Assembly (NCBI RefSeq): GCF_947568905.1
Contig: NC_079166.1
Span: 90,706,001 to 90,770,000 of the forward strand
From: Ostrea edulis
Lineage: Eukaryota
Direction: 5' to 3'
DNA: 64,000 bases
The stretch's first letter is position 1, and each line of letters opens with the position of its first letter. Below the pieces are notes generated by a model. That model searched no databases and was not told the DNA's origin. It saw only the letters and a program-made list of their open reading frames with translations. Shown here piece by piece: positions 58,101 to 64,000 of this stretch. A program made the translations under genes and the position numbers.

Positions 58101-61100
58101 TGCAAACCATGATGACCACCCCACCCCTACCCCTACCCCATCTCCCGTTAACAAACCATGCTACTTGCTACATAATTCACGACCGAAAATTCAATAATTA
58201 ATTCTGAGCTTGTGAACATATCACAATACATCCTTACAACAACACTACTGCAATTCATTCCATAATTACGTATGAAAGTTGAAATTATTTTTTCATTATG
58301 ACGATTAAAAGTAAGATTCTGTACAATATAAAACTTATACGGTACTAATTTTCATGCACCAGATGCAAATTTCAATAAATAATGTCTCTTTAGTGATTTT
58401 GGAAAATCGAAATAATAATAAAAAAGAGCTAATAGGAAAACTAGAGTGCCAAAAACTGGAGTCAAATTCGTTCAAGGATAGAGCTATGCATGGGGGGAGA
58501 TATTCCTTAATTTTGAAATATCATAATTATCATTCTAATTTCCCCTTCTGAATCAGGTCATTGCTACAAGGAAGATTATTATATGTGCGAATAAGGAGGG
58601 AGTAGTAGAAAAGAAATGGATTCACGCATGTATGTGCAATAGTGTGGAATTTATTAATTTGAAATAAAATTAGGGCCTATAATTGATATTTTTATCGCCC
58701 ACATACATTGCTACTGACACGGTGTTACAAATCTGAACGATTTTTGAAAAGACTTAAACATTTTCATCACACAATTAGTGAATTGGAAAGATTGAGAGTA
58801 GAAATAGGAAAAGTTTAGGCTGCCGAGAACATACAGTTCAGAACAAGTCGTCAAAGATTAAGCAAGTCACAGTAAAGGCAGCAGAAATATGATAGATACA
58901 GGGCATTTTTTTCAGTCACCCACATTCATGTATTCATGTTTGTAATGATAACTTTTAATGTTTATGCTCGGCAATATAGAATGATCTAAATCTAGCAAGA
59001 ACCTTACACACATAATGTGTGTGGAATGGAATGAAACAATAAGCTGTAGTTTTGTGAAATGGCCGGTATGAAACATTGACCCGTGGTTCACGACGATACC
59101 TCATACAGGATTTCAAATGCTCATGGTTTGATGTAAAATCTTGAAAAAACTAAAATAGGTTCTTTTACTGTCTAATCCTATGTACTAAGTATTTGGTAAA
59201 TATAACTTGTTTAGATTGCAGATCAAAGCATGAACATTACAAAATATGTATGTAGTTGCATTCGCAGTCAGAATATTAGGTATAATAGAGGGATATTCAC
59301 ACAACCCATTACTACCTACAAAACATAAAGAGGCAGCAGCAGATTTTCACACGACCTGTAGTTTAAAAAAAAGCACGAGGACATGGTAGTCAACTATGAA
59401 CACGACCCTTTTTATCTGTAAGAAAAATGGATATGCAACAGTATTATATTGACATGACCTGATTGTATTATGTATGTTACCATAGTAAAAACATTTCAAT
59501 TCATAACTACATGTGTATATGTAAACAGACGCCACAGATAGTAAAGGTATCCGGCAGAGAACCGTCTTCGAATGTCAGGTAGTTTACGTTTTTCAGGTCC
59601 CAAACTACGTGTAAAAAATTCCCGAATGCGTCTGACACCAGCATATTGATTGATTGATTGTTGTTTTCCGCCACACTCAACAATTTTTCAGTTATCTGGT
59701 GGCGCCCAGTTTTTATTGGTGGAATAGAGAACCCAGATACAATGTATCTGGGAAAAGATCACTGACATTCCCAAAGTAAACTGGGAACTTTCTCAATTAC
59801 CGGCGCGAGCTGGAGTCGAACCAGCACCGACCAGAGGCGAGAGACTGTGCTATTTTGAGCGCGATGCTCTAAACACTCGGCCACGTATACTCTAAATACA
59901 AATTAAAAGCAGATCGAAAACCATGACCTTTAAGATATGAGGAAACACCCATCTCTTTACACACGGCTTTTTGTACGTATACTGCAGGGACATGTTGACA
60001 GTATAGTATAGTAGGAATTTTAACACTTGGATGTACATAAATTAGCATATTTTCGTTGATGATGAAGCTGAAAAGCAAAATCTTCTGATTTAGTATAGTA
60101 ATCCAAATTGACATTTTTACGAGGAACGATTATTGAAACATTAGAAAGAGATGTTGCTGAAAATGATAATTCTAAGCTCCAGTTTTTCACCATTTCACGA
60201 CCTTGGAACTTTCATAGTTGTTTAAGTGAGCGTAACATAATTGTAAGCTATAGCTGAGTGAAACTGAAGTAAAATCGGCCTCAGGCACATGATAAAGGAA
60301 GAAATATTGTCTGTGAGAAATAGTATATTTGGATATTTGACAATGTCAGTAACGATCCCATTTTTAGTAACACATGTTAGGGTTATGTCCGAAACACCCA
60401 TTAGAGCTATTATCTCCTTACGATTGCTAAACATTGTACTCGATAGGATGAAAACAAAACAGCAATCAGTGATACATTTTGCTCTTCCTGTAAAGATTGC
60501 AAAATTTAGAGGCGTACAAATACGAACCCCTAGAGTAAGCATCCCCTACTGACAGGTTACATATACAATGAGTCCTTTATGTCGATCAGATAAAATACGT
60601 CAAGGTGACATGATCTTTATACAGCGGCTGATTGTGGCTGCGTAATGCTCCGTTTACCAGATCGGGATATAGGGATCACGACAGACGCGGCCGGTCGACG
60701 GGGATGCTTTCTTCTCATGGTCGCCCGATCCCGACTCTCATGTGTTTAGGGGCCCGTACTTGATATGCTCTTTATTTTGTGGGAGTTGTTGATTGATCGC
60801 AGTTCCTTATGAACGTGCATATTGTAAATGAAAAGGTTAAAACTATCCATTATCAAGGATTACATGGTAGACATGTTATCGTACATTGTGATCGTTTTAT
60901 CAGAATTTTTCCATGCATACCAAAGCAGATTCTCTCGGGACAGGCGTCTAATGCTGGCAGGCAGTACACGTAATGTGTCCCACAATTCTTTATTTGGATG
61001 TCATATGTTCGGGTACAACAATCAAAGAATCCAGTTTTACAAAGTTTTTCGGTGACGATACCATCTCCAGAAGTCGGCAACGATCCTGAATTATAAATGC

Positions 61101-61824
61101 AGTACATTACATTTTAGTGAAGTTTAACATGCAAAACCTTCAGAGACTTTAAAGACCTTTACTTTTAGCTTCCTCTTATCTGTAAGTTATATAAGTATCA
61201 CTGAGCTACTGAGACCGGTAAAGAAAATTAGATTAGCCATTCGTGTATTTTCTATTATTTCTCGATGATAACTGAGAATGAATGGCAAAAAAAAATTCAA
61301 TTGCATCTCCATTTATGAAAATAACATGCTTGTGTAGATAGTCATACAAGCCCATCTACATCTATACTTATGCACATAGTAGATTTGTAACGGTTGCATA
61401 TAAATCAATACTAAACCATTACAGCCTTTTCGCAATGTACCATAAATCATAGTATTTACACATTTTGTAAATCATGTAATATGAACACGGTTAAACCGGA
61501 TTGGATATCGTGTTACCCCTAGTATTGTAAAGCTAGAGGTCACTAAAACAATATCGAGCGAAATGAGAAGAGGAAAACAAAGCAACTGCACTCCACTTTC
61601 GGTTTAGATTACAAGACATAAGGTCTGAATATGAATACCGTTAAACCAGACTGGATACACCGCTCCACAGCTTAGAAGGTCTGGACACTGGTCAAGTATC
61701 GGGTTGTCTGTCACGTACCATCCCGGCGTGATGTATCTGTCACAAGGCGAATGAACACCGTCATGTTTACAATTCTCTGTTCTAGCGTAGTTTTCAAACA
61801 GAGTACTGGCCTGCGTACAGGGAT
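55156..61824 (-). CDS. Gene C' (partial): paralog of gene C, D8C-stalk-TM
   Basis: Exons 61824-61639, 61085-60921, 57425-57318 (18-nt in-frame Thr/Pro insertion relative to C), 55252-55156. All open, with GT-AG. 5' and tail exons not identified. Confidence 0.85.
55816..56632. mobile_element. Internally deleted Kolobok-type transposon (paralog of 8664-9460)
   Basis: TTAA|AAGGAAAGGCAACCC ... GGGTTGCGTTTCCCT|TTAA. Plus strand MTTPKQLSLEPYRFEP; minus strand VPSCQAVNYTN..FFTEIPDP..W. Confidence 0.7.
57464..57660 (-). mobile_element. Penelope-like 3' UTR fragment
   Basis: ATGAAAGGTGAAGATAACGAACAG.. Confidence 0.85.
58330..58545 (-). mobile_element. Retrozyme copy R6 (decayed, partial)
   Basis: Reverse complement ..CACTAAAGAGACATTATTTATTGAAATTTGCATCTGGTGCATGAAAATTAGTACCGTATAAGTTTT. 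Confidence 0.75.
59648..59885 (-). mobile_element. tRNA-derived SINE (same family as 5017-5268)
   Basis: Minus strand TGGCCGAGTG A-box, GGTTCGACTCC B-box and AATC tail. Confidence 0.75.
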
Positions 61825-62232
61825 CTTAATGGAGAGAAAACAAAGAAAAGAAAGACCTATGTACGGGGATCTTAATGAAGAGAAAACAAAAAACACACTG
61901 ACCTATGTATAGGAATCTTAATGAAGAGAAAACAAAGACATACCGACCTATATACAGGGATCTTAATGAAGAGAAAACAAAGACATACTGACCTATGTAT
62001 AGGAATCTTAATGAAAAGAAAACAAAGACATACCGACCTATATACAGGGATCTTAATGAAGAGAAAACAAAGACATATTAACCTATGTATAGGGATCTTA
62101 ATGAAGAGAAAACAAAGACATACTGACGTATGTATAGGGATCTTAATGAAGAGAAAACAAAGACATACTGACCTATGTATAGGGATCTTAATGAAGAGAA
62201 AACAAAGACATACTGACCTATGTATAGGGATT
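61820..62232 (-). repeat. 45-bp minisatellite (~9 copies) containing the gene C' splice acceptor
   Basis: Minus-strand unit GTCAGTATGTCTTTGTTTTCTCTTCATTAAG|ATCCCTATACATAG. Confidence 0.92.
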
Positions 62233-63299
62233 TAAATCATGAGGGCATTAATCACACTATGCATTTTTTTTTTGCATTTCGATTCCTCTCAAAAAGACCT
62301 GTTTCCTATTTTTATCTACATTCATGCACTTGTATTGAAAATAAACTCAAATTACACATTCTTTCAACCATGCATAGTCATCCTTACCCAGTGTTCCGAT
62401 AAGCTGGCATTTGATTAATGTTATTGAATGATTTGAAAACGATGTGATGACAAGGAACCTACAGGAAATAATCAGAATGTAGAAATGTTTTTATCAAACT
62501 TACCACCACTACCTGAGCAATAATACGTTGATTCTGAAAGATAAACATCAGAAAATCATTATACCCCAATCTATTTGCAATCATATGTAACATGAACACA
62601 TAATATGTTCAATATTGACGGTGCAGAGTCGCATCGCGTCCTTTTAAAATCATTGTGAATTGACACGATTCATAGCTTCGTTTAGTGGCATTGTGTAACC
62701 AAAAAAAAACATTACCTACATATGTGACAAGGCCAAACACGCCGAGGAAATATACAGAAGGCGCAATCTGAAAGAGCTGATAAAAGTATGATTCAACATA
62801 GTTAAACAATTGTTAAAGATGTAGGATTCTAGAAAACATATGGTGTAACGGGTGAATATCAATTTAGTCTCAGATATAATTTCTCATAACAATCCAAGAG
62901 TGGCGTTATACGTATTAAGTATGTATTCAATCCCTTTGTAAATTCAGCTAGAACAGAATATATTCGAACCAAAGAAAACAAAAAACTAAGAGTTCAAATG
63001 CTAGACATTAATCTTGTATTTAGTGTTACAATAAGAAATAGCTGCTGTTTTGTTACCTTCATATTGATTTAGTCCGTAACACCTTGTCACATTTTGTCGT
63101 TATTCCAGGTATTTCCTATTTTGTCATCAAGTAGGTTTTGGTAACAATATGATGTGTAATATGCACCTGAGTTACCGTGAAACGATAAATCGCAGTAAAT
63201 ATATTCTCAACCGATATCGCTTTAACCTCCCCTGAAGTACTCAGGACGACGCATTTAAATGTCCAAACAAAAGGGTAAGCGCGGCGCATATCAAATGTT

Positions 63300-63352
63300 C
63301 TCATTTTGACGTCAATTTAATAAATGTTAGTCGATCATGACAACCAGGAAGT
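63300..63352. promoter_or_regulatory. Possible promoter elements (CRE palindrome and ETS core)
   Basis: TGACGTCA at 63307-14 and CAGGAAGT at 63345-52 in a CpG-richer patch upstream of gene C'. Short motifs only. Confidence 0.2.
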
Positions 63353-64000
63353 AAAATTCGACATGTGTATTCAGAAACCATGAATTTCAAACTGATTGAA
63401 AAGAAGAACAAGCGGTGAAGTGTGTTTTATTTACCAGTTTGAACTGTAGCTTCAGTAGTGAATATTATATGTATCATTTATTTACACATGCTGAATGTTG
63501 GGTATTTCCAAGCCTGTAATATCACATATGATTTCTATAAGCTTTTCTTTGAATATAGTTACGTTTTGATAGTTTTATGTCCCTTCGATAGGTGTTCATA
63601 TATTGAAGCATCATCAGCTTTAGAACAAATGTCAAGCATATACACGTATGCATAACGTCCAGTGTTCTCAGCATCAGACAACACAGAACATGGATGTTTA
63701 TCATACAAGTTTAATCAAGCATAATGTGCTTTAGTATATATTAAAATACGACAGACACATGTTATTTTAGATGCGTAAATTATTTATTATGCTAACGGTC
63801 TTGAAGTCTAAAGGGGGTTTCTGTATTTTACATTTAATTCATCACCATTTATGCAGCTGCGATGTTGGCAGATTTAGAAGAAAGTACACAGACATGAAAA
63901 TACATATTCTATGTTGATAAGCCCCTCAGACATGTGTATTTACAATTAGAACACTTGTCGAATGTCTAAATATGTAATCAGTAAAGGGATATTTAATTCA

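Larger units (their letters stand above)
48472..61860. repeat. Segmental duplication, copy 2
   Basis: Collinear with 1-12540. Longer because of extra insertions (e.g. 50360-50910, ~58015-60285). Confidence 0.95.

Noticed and set aside
62388-62458. Candidate signal-peptide exon of gene C' (FLVITSFSNHSITLIKCQLIGTL)
   Set aside because: Splice sites and phase fit, but no in-frame ATG or upstream coding exon could be joined, and there is no counterpart in copy 1.

Overview
This is AT-rich, intron-rich animal DNA, most likely a bivalve mollusc (oyster-like; inferred from the repeat families and gene content), with one assembly gap at 47762-47894. It holds a cluster of four spliced genes encoding cell-surface proteins built on the uromodulin/GP2/OIT3-type D8C domain. 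Gene A (+, 20225-24808) has 2x D8C, a TM helix and an NPxY/PPxY tail. Gene B (+, 31357-46819) is VWDE-like (D8C-VWD-EGF-mucin-TM) and carries an in-frame TAA at 42424. Genes C and C' (-) are D8C-stalk-TM paralogs inside a >=12.5 kb segmental duplication (1-~12540 vs ~48472-61860). The mobile DNA includes about 25 fragments of a Penelope-like retroelement (longest has RT and no C-terminal endonuclease), six copies of a ~350-nt hammerhead-ribozyme repeat (retrozyme), a ~500-bp miniature LTR element (TRIM), Kolobok- and Harbinger-type non-autonomous DNA transposons, SINEs and several minisatellites, three of which amplify splice sites. The best leads are the retrozyme family (one intact minimal type I hammerhead, a shared 3' boundary resembling the Penelope ends) and one copy whose ribozyme shows a cluster of A-to-G changes resembling fossil ADAR editing. 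All gene models and counts were made by hand, with no database searches.
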